Positions 51,501 through 64,000 of a stretch of DNA of 64,000 bases are shown here, piece by piece. How positions within the stretch are numbered: the stretch's first letter is position 1; each line of letters opens with the position of its first letter. The DNA is from Balanoglossus misakiensis (lineage: Eukaryota > Animalia > Hemichordata): contig CM082581.2 in assembly GCA_040954595.2 (NCBI GenBank), positions 6,936,699 through 7,000,698 on the forward strand, written 5' to 3'. The notes beneath the pieces are model-generated. The model ran no database searches, was not told the DNA's origin, and saw only the letters and a list, made by a program, of their open reading frames with translations. A program made the position numbers and the translations under genes.

Positions 51501-54500
51501 GGTAACCAGGTGCTGCTATACGGTGTAAATCATCAAGGAAGCTACAAAGACAAGAGAAAGAAATTGGAATTTTACTATTATTGGGGGTAATGCCAGTCAA
51601 ACTGATTTTCATTTTGTTTCCAAAAAAATATCATTCAAACTTCGAACTTTTTAAGGTGACAAATGATACCTGCTATGTGAGTGACTCAACTTGGCCGATG
51701 CAAATAAAACTGACTGTTGGTAAGAAAAGATTAAGGTTTTGGGGGCATCCTGTTAATGGACGAATAATTGAGATGCACACGAAAACATGATAATATCACC
51801 ATTACATGGGGTCTGGCCCTAAGGGCTGATGCAATCAAACCAATGGATAAGCGAATTTCACAGTATGCATTAGACCTTTGATGGGCTGAACTAACACTGG
51901 GAAAATCTTGTTTGGTGGAAATCCAGTACTTGTCAAGATTTTCCAGGAACTGCATACAAACCCTGTCTAGATCATCAAGAGTCTCTAATCCTATGATGAA
52001 CGCATATCACGTAATCTCCAGTTCATCATGACTTCAGTTTTCTCGTCATGTAGCAGCTGTTTTCAGAGTCTCAGAGACAAGAGTGCGACGTGAAATCCTT
52101 AAAGTAAGCATCAGAATTCAATGATTGCTTATTTTCATGTAAAACTCAATTTTCAAATCCAGCTCGACAAACAGCGGTCTAGATTCGCCTTGGGGACAAT
52201 ACCGCAGACTTGCACAACACTGGGTTAATTGCTATAACATAATCACACTGGCCAGATTGAAAGGTTTGGGGTTTTTCCACATTAGTATACAATCAAATCA
52301 TTCAGAGCTATCAGCCCATACAGAATATGTGATTACGTGCATATTCTTGTTACCAAAAATAGCAACCAGAAAAATGGAACTTAGTGCATGCAGTGCATGC
52401 TAAGTAGTGAAAGTTGAAACCGGTGCAAGATACGCGCGGAATACACAAAATGTACACACGGTGCATTATAAAGTCAAATCTGTGACAGATCATCATGAAG
52501 AATGCAAAGCGTATTAAACCAAGAAGTGTTGGCAGATGTTTTAGAAAAGATTGAGTCGGCCTGCTCCTTCAATCTAAACCAGTCATCGTCAATGACACAG
52601 TCCCCACTTGAACAAGCAGAGGGGTGACTATGGCAATGATGCGATACATCGTCAATTGATGTTGGAACCCCGGCAACGGTTTTTGCTGACGATTAAAATG
52701 ACTGCATTGATGACCGGGGAGAACCGTGGCAACATTTACAAAGGATAATCACCCTGAACAAATAAACACTGAATTACCCACAACTTCCTCGTGGAAATGA
52801 CTTTATAATGAAGTCCAACTCAAGCAAAAATCTACACCGGGCCAGGCCACATCAGCCCAAGCAAGATAAATAGCCCAGTTTATTGGAAAACAAAAAATAT
52901 CACTGATTAGTAAAGCACGTGTCAGTGGTTTTCTGTGGTTGAAGTTATCAGTCCCCAGTGGCTCCATAAAACTGGTTTCCATGGTAACATCATCCTTGTG
53001 TGCTCCACAAAAACGAGAAGTGACAGATGAGAAAGATATGGGTTGTCAATTATCAATGGACTGTATGACTTATTAGATTAGGATCTCGTGCTCTGTTTTT
53101 GCTCAAGGCGAACTGATGTCAGGGTGAAATTAGCTTCATGGAGGTGGGGGATGTCTTGACCGAGTCAAGGTTAATAAATGTCAAGGTGAAATTATCCTCA
53201 TGGGCGTGTCTCGTTCTAGATCAATGCCGCTGTCATGGAGCCCGGATCTGTATCGTACAAATTTATTACGTAGCTCCTGCCTTTTAACGCGGAAAATGAG
53301 AAATTGAATTCCCATTGCAGTGGGGTGTCATTGTTGTTCTTTCTGTCGCGCGAAGTGGTTGAAGCTTGTAAGGACGTTATACAGAAATCTCAATACCTAT
53401 AGCATACGAGAACAGTCATAAAGATTTTTTTTTGAGTGGGGGGGGGGGGGTAGAGAATAAAACCAAGGCATATTAAAGACCACAACTGCTCAGATTATGC
53501 CATAAATTTCCATTTAGAGTGGCTCAAACTTCCTTCGGGGCTAATTTATTAATCCAGAATAACAAAATGAGAAGTTATGAAATTTTACAACCCATAAACT
53601 TGTAGACTCATCCATTAAACTTACAAAGGAGTAATAGGATTTTGTGGTTCTTTTGCCAGAAGGGACTCGCAGTGGCTGCAAGATAAATGTTTTTATGGCG
53701 ACTTCAAAAGAGCCGATGACATGTACTGTCCTCACCTCAAATTAAAAAAAAACTTTCAAGTCTGGTGCGCTCTGAAATAAATTGTACTGACAACAAAATT
53801 ACAAATTTGTTCAAAAAGTGAATAAAAAGTTCTAAAACTGAATAACTGAAATTATCTTTAATATGACGTAGGTGTAGGGTGTACATAGAGCATCACAAAT
53901 AATTTTACAACAACCGTTTGTGATGCAAATTTACATATTAGTAAAATGGGGGACGTGAGTCCTAACATTACGTACTTGAGACATTACATACAGACATGAG
54001 ACAAATTCTCACAGAATTGTTCATTTCTTTGTGTTATAATTATATTTTGCACTTGTAATTCAAGTTTGAATACACAGACTTGCGCAAACTCTTGGCGCCA
54101 CTGATAGTTGATGAATATCATAGAAAAAAAACAAAGTACCATACAAATTTTAACGCTCAGTTTGCGCTAATATCTTTACATCGCAATACCATCAGTGCCT
54201 TGATTGTCACAACGTACTCTGTAATGACAGGTAAATTTGTCGGCAAATTGGCCAGACTTTCTGTCGTCACATTAAATTCAAGTGATAACGTACGTCGGCA
54301 TTCCGACGTTTTGGTCAAATGACAGAGACAACATTCAAAGAATCAATTCCCAAACACAAGCTTCCTGGAAATAATCTGGGAATCAAGTGTGTACTGAAAT
54401 ATGCAAGAGTCTTCCAGAAAGGTCATTGTCTTGGACGCAGCTGCCAGGGTCAAATTTCTTTCCAGGAAATATTAGCGCACGTTCATATCATTCTCGGTAT

Positions 54501-57500
54501 TTTGCTAAAGAAAACACAGTCTCTGTAGGAACATATCCCCAAACCATTCTATTCAGAGTGGAATCAAACTTCAATCCGAGAAATTAACGACCGAGGTATC
54601 TGAAGGAAATGACAGATTAAGACCGACAGGCATTATACCGCTGTATGTGATTTCAACACTCCAAGGCAAAACTGTGTATTGTAGTACCCGAGCCTATCAG
54701 ACAATCAAGATATCTGGCAGCCTACAATATACATTTTTTTGTCCAACACACAAATATCATCATGTTTGATATTAAATGGCACAGAACCATTGTCAGAAAA
54801 ATTGATCTTCAATATAATTTCACCCACATGGCTAAATAAATCACACGGTACACAAAGCAGTTTCAATTACATTTTGCTATAAAACATTTATGGAAACACA
54901 GGCAGGGCACAAAACTCAATGACAGATTCAGAATTTTTATGATTAGAATCACATCAAAGGGAGAAGTAAATGGCATCCATTTTATACGGACATCAATAAT
55001 TCACGCGAAATCTTTCAAATATTTGACACTTGTCACAATCATCCATTAAACATTGAGTGTTTCACATTTTCCCCCCTTGTCCCCCAACATACTGCATCTG
55101 GATACAACAGTTAAGTCTTGCAGCTTTAAAATGAATTAAGGTCATAACCATGCCTTTGAACAAGAGAGTGCTGTTATGACTCTGTCATTACGATTCAAAT
55201 AAAACATTTGCAGAAATGTCACATCATCATCTGGTGCCATGCCAACTAAACTTTTATGGTCACTTCATTGCACGTGTAGAATTGCATATACACAGTCATG
55301 CAAATTGAAACTTTCAACGATTTGGAAGTATACCCACTCAGGTGGGACATATACAGCCTGTAATAACAGCGCCCTCATGCACATAGTTATTACAATTCAA
55401 ACTGAAAAAAATACTTTTTTCTCCATCAAGTCCAACATTTATAACTAAAATGTGAAATTGGTAAATTTAATAGTCATCATTGCTGAGTATTTGCAGCAAT
55501 GGACTTCTGATCAACCAAAGGATGGTGATTTAGAAACATACATGGCTGCTCAGCCTCTGCTGAGTTGTGTTCTTGAATAAAAGGCCTTTCAGTCCGAAGC
55601 TTCAATCTTAATCTGAAGTGATATCAACCTGCATGTGAAGACACTTTTGTGAATATGCATGATAGGTACAATTCATACATATAAGTCTCGCATGCAAGGC
55701 CTTGAACATGACGTTGGAATAAAACAGCTGATAATGCCGTGACCGGGGTTAAGAGCAATATCACAGGGATATAGCAAGCCTGAAACGCATAATAGAATTT
55801 GTAATTATGTGGACTTGGCTTAAAAGCTTATTGTGGAACTGTATAAGCAGCTTATAGGGATTCCTAGAAAAAATGCAGGAGGGATTATAAGTATCATGAA
55901 TTGCACTTGGATGACATGGTGTACTATACTAATATTTGGATTAATTTAATATTTAATATGTTCAAGAACACTTCTTGTGATCAAGGATTGCTTTTGTTTT
56001 TTTAAAATGTCTGTGACTTTTCAATCAAGAAACTCAGTGGGACAGTGAACATATGGGAATGAGTGAAAATGTTGCAAATTTTCCACAAGGACATTGAATC
56101 CGTACTCTTTACTTGCCGGTGTCATGGGATTTTGTCATATAATACCAAAAGTATAATACCGGAACGTTCTGTGCAATGATACAGATCATAATTTATGGAT
56201 TTCTGGAATAAATACCAGTCATACTGCATTAAACTATCTTGCAACATCTTGTGCTTACCTCTTAATCTTTCTATGTCTCATAAATCTTTGAGACAGAAAT
56301 CAGATACCGGAAAATTGATACGATTTTCGTTATAAACAAGCAAAGGGGTTTCAAGCAACAAAAAAGTTTGATATTTCTATAGTCAAATTCCACTTTAATA
56401 ATTATTTGCCATTTTTGGAAAGTAGATTAGCTTGTGACATCTGTTGCCCCTTTGTACATGTGTATAGTTTTTCCTATCCTTATTAATGCTTTCTATGCTC
56501 CAATCCATCTTTTAAACAGATTTTGTCATTCTGTGGTATTTTTGGATTGTTAAGTCACTGCTCATAAAACAATGTACCAGTATATACCATATATATTTCG
56601 AGATATTTTTTAACGCTTTTTATACCATCAGATATATTGAGTAAAATTCTCAGTTTTCTGTCTTCATTAAAAGCAAGGTATCTCCAAGTCACTTTCAATA
56701 ACCTCCAGGGAAAAAAATGAATTTGAAGTTGGCACTTTCACCAAGTGACCTGGTCTGAACCACTGTAGTGACCTGTACATTGTATTTGCATATTGCAATA
56801 TTACTGCACCTGTTGTGCAAGGGTTGATTTGAATAAATTAGTCAGTCAGTATTCAACCATGCTGGTGACACTGTCACTGTGCATGTGCTATCTCTCTCAT
56901 TTACTACTCCTGAACACTACAACTATTCTAGTGGAGGAACAAAGCAGGAAAGAAAGAAATTTGATGTGTGTGTGGTGCGTGTACCGGTTCATCCTTACGA
57001 CGCATCATTTTTATTGTCATCCAATCAGCAAAAGCTGAACAAGCGAGACGGGATTTGTGGACATCATTACATCAGGTGGAGTCTGCAGACATCCTTGAGA
57101 CATCGCCGAGACAGACATATGCCAGGTAATTCCCTCAATGCCGTCAAGTTAGGTTAATTTAGTACATACAAGTGCTTGCAGTATGGAATTGGTAAACATT
57201 GTATTTCTACATGACAGGTGTTGCATTAGGTGGAAGTAAAAAAATATACTCCACGAAGCTGATCTGCTCACCTTCACATCATTGGTCTATCGACCTGCAG
57301 TCTCACTCACGAAATTGTGTTCAAATTGATTTGTGGCTGTCATTGGAAGCTACAGTCTTTGGCCATGATCATTTTCAGTAAGACACAAAAGTGTCTGTTT
57401 TCTTGCACATCGATAGATTCAGAGACGAGATCGTGTCACCTCATCATTAGTGGTTAATGGACGAACTGAACATTAGACGAAATGTTCAATTTAATTTAAA

Positions 57501-60500
57501 ATGACGACGCTAAACTCGTTTAATTTTTGATAACATGTCTGAAGATCTTCCCATCTGAATCAAATCAAAATATATGATTGAAGACATTAATCATCTCTAA
57601 TGACATTTAGTGATTTCCACCTACACACTGTACTGTGTCGTACAATTCATCATAGCCATCGACAAAATTTCAAGATGGTGGCTTAATTACTTTAACATAC
57701 AGAAAGCACACTGTAACTATTTGTGATTTCTTTTACACTGAAACACAATATGAAACTTTATGTCTTCAGTTACCAGATTACCACAAAAAGTTGATTTCTC
57801 TGCAAGTCAGAATTAACATCTGAAGTGGAAGATTGGATCACGCTATTTCCGTAAAACTCGACGACCAGTAATTAAACTTCACATCTGAGCGAATCTAGGC
57901 TTTTTTTTAGTCACCGTGGAGAGCTACATGAACTTACAAAGTTCCTTTCATTATCAAATTGGTCAAGTTCTATATAATCCTGATGAAGGAGCACTGTCAG
58001 ACTGGACCACTAAGGTTTTGCGCTTTGATTAGGAGTTGAGAAAAGCGCACGCTAAGGAGATTATAGAGTTTAATCTCCTGTGTGGACTGATGGTCAATAT
58101 AGATGTCAGATCCAACTGATCACGTTGTCCATTACATTGTCAGACTCGTGTTCTTATATCCCTTCTAGATCTTGTCCGCATGTAAACTTTGGCACTTGTA
58201 GGATGAACTAAGACAGCAGTAAACCATATTAGGAAAGTCAAAGAAATTTACTCTTCAGTATAGGCGGGTAGTAAAATGTAAACGTTAATGTTTCCTGTTA
58301 ACAGTTTTGCTTTAAAAAAATAAAATCATAAAATGCAAATTGTTTTATGGCTATAAATACAATCTTCATTTTAGGGTGTAAAATATTCATAATTTTAATT
58401 GAACAAGATTTTTGATTATGTGGAGTTTCTGAAGTGGGTGGATTGTCTCGACGCACGATTTTACCCACGATGCATTTGAAACACTTGGGATACCCCCATT
58501 ACACACTTTAATGAGGGAACAGACCCCTTAGGGAGCCATTACACAAATTAAACCTCATAATCCAACAAGGGACAGAACGTTTTCAACTGATAATATCAAG
58601 AAGAAGAAAACCTATGCCCATTTAAATGATACTGTCAAAGTCCCCTCGTTGTTTCATGACAATATGCTCCTTGTTGTTTTGAAATTGAGAGCTGCTACGC
58701 TTGACAAAAATGAAGTATGGTACAAATTGTCCAAAGAAAAGTTTGCTATTCATTTAATATCAGAAATCGTTTTATGGGAGACATCTTGGTTCTCTATTCA
58801 AAAGTTTGCCTGGTGTTGCATTGTGGGGTGGAATGAAAGTTCTGCTCCACATAAGGATGTCACACACGGACACATCAGATCAGGAAAAGAATGCGTTTAC
58901 AACTAACCATGATTGATAACGTTCACTTTATTGGGCCAACGGGTCTCAGTCATTTCATTAAAGCCAGCGCGAAAATTACGTGCGTCCAACGGTTGGTGTC
59001 AGATTTGAAAGATGACAGCAATCAACGTTACCAGTTAACGCATTTTGGATGCTGGTCTCTAGGGAGTACTTACATCCCACAGTATGCTACACCAATCAAC
59101 TGCCTGGATGTTACCATTAGATAGAAGCGTTTCCCAAATGACCTTGGCTTTCTGGACCAACTCACAGATTCTGCTTATTAAACCTGTTTCATCTGAGTAC
59201 CAGCGGTTTCTCAGCCAGATTATTTCCACTGCGTTTACTTGCACTTTTAAACTGGAAATGAGGTTAGGGGGTTAATGAAATGGCCATTTCAGTAATGTGC
59301 GGCCCATTTCTACTGGTAATCCCTGAAAATTGATCTCTACCTTTCACTTACTTAACATATTCTCATAACACCAAATTACAAGTTTACATCCATCACTGAT
59401 GTCCAATCTGGGACGCAATTTTAAACATCTTTTCTCAATATGATTTCAGCCTCCATGCAAAACACAGGGGCTAAATGTCAATATTGATGTGTGTATGTGT
59501 GTGTGTGTCTGTCTGTCATCAATATCTCAAGAATGGCAGACCCAATTTGATGGACAGGTATTGGAATTGCAAGAACTAATTAGCAACTAATAATTAAGAA
59601 ATTTATTTGAGCTAAGTTTGAATTCAACACAGCTCTTGGAAACCAATATGCCAGTGGCTTGAAATGCTCAAAAAAAAAAAAAAAGAAAAAAATTATGTGA
59701 CTGAATATTTTGTTACAAATTCCTATACACTGGTTATACATGAAACCAGGAATCGTGGACAAAAAAGGTCTTGGAAACTAACCACCTCACAGTACAGTGT
59801 TATATTGATGGTGTCTGCCACACTTGATCCGACACTTCAGAGTGAAACATCATTGAACGCACACCTCGGTGGAATTGAAATCTGCCCGTGTAAGTAACAG
59901 GGTGTTGCTATTCACGATTACTCAACACCCGGGGATTTTCAATTTCATCTCCTCTGATGAGATGACGTCATGCTGACAATTTCCAAATCAGAAAGAGTGT
60001 CCTTGATTGTCTGGCTGGCATAGGACTTTAAATGATCCTCAAAAAAAACCTCTGATTTTTGGTACACCAGTGTGTATAAATGCCGTCTTGATGATGTTCG
60101 TGGATAATGGAGCAGACAACATAAATTATAGGTAAAGGGAATGTGGGTTTACAACTTGACCCATTTAATGAATTAAAACTAGGTTTTGCTGTCTCACAAA
60201 GTTTAATTTTGTGATCATTTCTATCGTGTAAGCAAAATAAAAGAGCCCTTGTGATTTCCATCACAATACATGTTCAAGAAATCATTAGTGCGTGTAAAAT
60301 TCCCATAGTCATATAGTCACAAGTATGTTAGATGATCACAAAATTTACATCAATCTGTAACTGCACTTATAGACCTCTGATCACAATTGTCATATCAAAC
60401 CATTAGATATTCTGATTACTTTGCGGCCATTGGGAATCAAAATTCCGTTTGATTCCACTATAAATTACATTCCACAGGTACTTTTGCCAATCAGGCAATA

Positions 60501-63500
60501 TTCCCAAGATGTACTTGTATTCCAGTCTTCCCAATGCGCCCAGCAAAGTTCACTGTAGATTCCTCCATCACTTCCGTGTTGAACTCCCACTGGAATAGCA
60601 CAGGCCGAGAAGATGCATTCCCCAGCCGTCTAAAACAGACATTTTTCATCTAAAAACCACAAAATGCCATTCAATGCAAATGTTGATGTAATCTGCACTT
60701 AATCTTCTGATCACAGACTTCAATGTGTGCAGTCATCTCTCATCTCTAGTTCATTCAACGTCTTCAAATCTACCATCAGACAGTGTGCACATTGCAAGTT
60801 AATCATGAAAAATTTAGTACAGATAAAAAGACGCCAATGCTTTTGTGTTCTCCATGCATACCAGAGCCCACTTGTACCTTAGATTTTTTTTAAATCGCGC
60901 ACAAAACTATAAAATATACAAACAAAACTACTAGATGTTTCAGTATAAACACTAAATTAAATTGTAAGCATTTTAAAGTGAATACTGGTATCTTAATTGT
61001 GACACAACACTGGTTTGCTGTCATGGAGATGGAATTCTTAAGATGAATCTGATCCATACACTAGAAATGTAGGTTCCACAATCCCCCCTCAAATAAATAT
61101 TCATGTAAAGATGCTTGTAGTCAACCATGGATTATTTTCAGTCTTTGAACTGATGGAACGGATGAAATAACATCCCCGCACAGCAGATTTTTTTTTGGCA
61201 GAGGGTCATCAGGGATTGACAAAAAATACTCAGATAACATGACAGCTATAAGTTCAACTCCCTCGAGTAAACTATCATAATCACATGACAGTTGCTTTAC
61301 TTTGCCATAAACAACTGCAGTCATAGAATTGTCACATTGCCGCAGGGGGACCGTGATCGACTGAACTATCAGTGTGCGTTTATATCCAGCTTCTGACACT
61401 TTGATTTACACCTTGTAATTAATCTGCTCGTTCTATTAACTTTATACTACACCAATGGAAATACATGCATCTATGTTCAATTATACAGAAAACTAAAGCT
61501 GAAATGTCGTATGCTTTTCATTTAATATTCCAAATCTATCTCTGTGTTTTTTTTTATCATCATTATTATAATTGTAATATTTTAATCTATGCTTCATTGA
61601 GTAGGCTGGATTGTGTAACTACATTAGCATATAAAATAGAAAAAAATACACCACAAAAAATAAATTTCTTAGACAAATTATTAAAATCAAAAGAATATTT
61701 CTTCCGAACAGCAATAAAGCAGATTTAAGTCAAAGTGCAAGTTTTCAATAATTAAGTAACAACTGAATGAAAAAGGTAAAGTTTAGCAATAAAGGCTAAA
61801 CCATTCCAGCCATACAAATATCACATACTGCGAGGTAATTTTCCTTTTTGTGAGTCCAATCTTGATTTTTTTCCCAAGCTAGCTAATAAATTCAGACTCG
61901 GTGACTCGGAAAAAAATCAAATAGAAATATGCTGAAGTTAAGACATAAAGCACCCAAAAGATATTGAAAGGGCAGTCTATGAATTGAAAGTTTTACATTT
62001 CTAATATGCCAAACAGATTGAAGAATTTTGAGAACAAGCTCAAGCCATCAGAGCATGTACATTACCAAGTCAGTTTATTAAAAAGTAATTTTACGTTGCA
62101 TCAACTATTTCAATACTGTGCATGTACTAGTATTCACCCCTCTCAGATTTAGACCCAAGTTGAATGTTAAACTGTTCCAAGTTTTGCAAAAAAGGGCCTA
62201 TTTTGTGCAAGTCATTCGGTCCATGTTAACACATTGACTAAAAGCTGTCAGCTTCACACAGTAAGGAGATACCCATAACCTTCGCACTAGTTCAAAAAAT
62301 CTGATTATCCTAGAAAATTCTAAGCGTAAAAGATTGTTTGATTACATCATTTCTGCATGCATGCATGCAGAGAATAGAAGATATAGTTACAATCAGACCA
62401 TAACGTTTCTCTCGCTGGTTTTATACACACAATTTCACACAAACTTACTATTTTGAAGACTCTGCAAGGTGAAATTTGTGTCTTTCCAGGAAACATCTCT
62501 GAATTCCGCCATCTTTCCACACCATTCTGATCTTCTCTCTCTCATCCTGGTCGATCGGCAGACAGTACTTGCAATCCGTTATTCGGATTCCAGAACAGCA
62601 ATTCCCGTTGAAGTTGTTCGATTCCATTGCACAGAGTTCATCAGACACAAACTGTTGAAACAGAATTTTGTACCGGGTACATGTCAGTATTTTATTGTAT
62701 TTTCTTTCAAGGACAAATGTTATGAGGGACTGCAGACAAATGTATGCTTTTCCCCTTATCACCCCCACCATCACCACCAGTTCTATTCTGCTATGACAAA
62801 GCAAGACTATTTAGCAAACTACTTGCACCAATTTGTCACACCAAAATAAACCCTGAGCAGCTTTTACAAGTGACATCTGGATGGTAATGAAAATTCGATG
62901 AGATCCAATGATTTAGTTTCGCGAAATCTAACCAGGATTGATCGCCGAGTAACAAACTCATATCGCCACTATTCATCGTCATTACATCCTGTGTGATAAC
63001 ATTCGCCACTGAAACAGGAAGTATGAGGAAGTCGTACGCGCCGAGAGGTTGAGAAATTTTCCTCTTCTCTGCCAACTTTCGTTTCCAATTACCAGTTTAT
63101 GCACATTTCGGGAGTAATATTAAGTTTTCCCAGCAAAAGCCATAAATTCTGTCACAGCACTGCTGACAGGTTTCATGGCTTTTTCAAAAACCAATATAAT
63201 TCAAGCAGCTTAGGATGTTTCTACTGATGGACGTCGACGTTTCATAAAATGCTCCTTTTGCACCATTTGTGGGATCTTATCACAATTTTCCAGATCAATG
63301 TCTGAACAGCCAATCGAATTGAATCATTTTTGATGACAGCCAATCATTTCTGATGACAGATAATGATGACAGGAATATGCAGATAGCCCCACGCATCAAC
63401 ATATTACCTGACAGTGATTGGCTGAGTGGATTACCCCACTTCTAACACAATATAAAACCTAATTGTAACTGATCGAAAAACAGCTCGAGTTGTCACTAGC

Positions 63501-63705
63501 TGCAAAACTTAGACAATTACCTCAATTTCAGGATTTTCAAAGTCAATACTCAACGTCTTCATCGCACTGATGAGGATGTGAACAGCTCTGCGCACATTGA
63601 AATAGACCTGCGACTGGAACTTCATTCTCTCACACTCGGGATATCCATCCCCGTATAATATCCGTAATTGTTTGCTAAAAGTGCTCTTGCCAGATCCTGC
63701 TGAAC
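48355..63705 (-). CDS. Divergent heterotrimeric G-protein alpha subunit (exons 2-7; first coding exon not found in window)
   Basis: Exons 63705-63521, 62651-62449, 51541-51413, 51066-50931, 49375-49222 and 48539-48355 splice in frame (992 nt). All five G boxes are present: GSAGSGKST, RTPTVG, DVAGQ, NKHD, TCAT; plus WIHCF and WKDGGIQRCF. Confidence 0.93.
49222..49375 (-). CDS. G-alpha exon (NCLRDSLALF...ILFLNKHDLF...QYD)
   Basis: 154 nt, G4 box NKxD, |gtgagt. Confidence 0.93.
50931..51066 (-). CDS. G-alpha exon ([26 protein letters not shown]...DNTT)
   Basis: 136 nt, G3 box and switch II, |gtaggt. Confidence 0.93.
51413..51541 (-). CDS. G-alpha exon (FLDDLHRIAAPGYLPTLQDILYIRTPTVGVVE...YR)
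   Basis: 129 nt, switch I, |gtgagt. Confidence 0.93.
62449..62651 (-). CDS. G-alpha exon, helical domain (FVSDELC...WKDGGIQRCF...LAESSK)
   Basis: 203 nt, ttcaacag|...TA|gtaagt, phase 0/2. Confidence 0.88.
63521..63705 (-). CDS. G-alpha exon with P-loop (SAGSGKSTFSKQLRILYGDGY...FENPEIE)
   Basis: 185 nt, ttttccag|...GAG|gtaatt, phase 1/0. Confidence 0.92.
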
Positions 63706-64000
63706 CTGGAAAACAAAACAGACATTAATTTTCAAATTATTCAATTGTTGAGAATTTAATACTAGCAATATGTCTTGGTACAGCTGCGTTACCACAGCTA
63801 ACTTGAAGGTGAAGGTGAGTTCTTTGAAGGCGGGAACTTTTTATGATCAATGAAATGTTAGCGAAAATGCACAAACAACTTTGAGCACAGCTATACTGAC
63901 GACGTATCGTTGAGTTCACAAAAGAATTCAAAATTGCTGCTGGCACAAAATTCATCCATTGTCAATTTCATTGAAAAGACATGAAAAAAACACAGAATCA

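Noticed and set aside
60470-60629. Minus-strand acceptor (gttttag|) with open frames inside the G-alpha intron; would create TAA if joined to the upstream exon (poison exon idea)
   Set aside because: No convincing downstream donor, weak pyrimidine tract and no homology.
48355-63705. G-alpha as a pseudogene, or assignment of a GNAQ/GNAI/GNAO symbol
   Set aside because: There are no frameshifts or stops and all splice sites are canonical, so it is not called a pseudogene; the sequence is too divergent to assign a symbol without a phylogeny.

Overview
Eukaryotic (animal) genomic DNA, AT-rich, with GT-AG introns; the gene structures suggest an invertebrate deuterostome-like genome (inference only). 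Three spliced protein-coding genes were reconstructed by hand, and nearly all ORF-track entries are spurious or exon read-throughs. (1) The last six exons of a CFAP99-like ciliary coiled-coil gene (+, 1-2397). (2) A complete 16-exon GRK4/5/6-subfamily G protein-coupled receptor kinase (+, 11735-38246, about 567 aa). (3) Six exons of a highly divergent heterotrimeric G-protein alpha subunit (-, 63705 to 48355; first coding exon not found in the window), convergent with the GRK. The G-alpha is the most unusual element. It has a Gq-type exon layout and keeps the catalytic Arg and Gln, NKxD and TCAT. However, it carries substitutions in the P-loop (GSAGSGKST), switch II (DVAGQKSHR), switch III/alpha3 (NCLRDS) and alpha5 (no conserved Phe; C-terminus NMRKIRTL), plus a Cys-rich helical-domain insertion. 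The roughly 10 kb between the two stop codons looks like two long convergent 3' UTRs meeting at a cluster of two-way poly(A) signals. Several MITE-like foldback elements, minisatellites and CRE/CCAAT motif clusters are also present. No rRNA, tRNA or CRISPR features were recognised.
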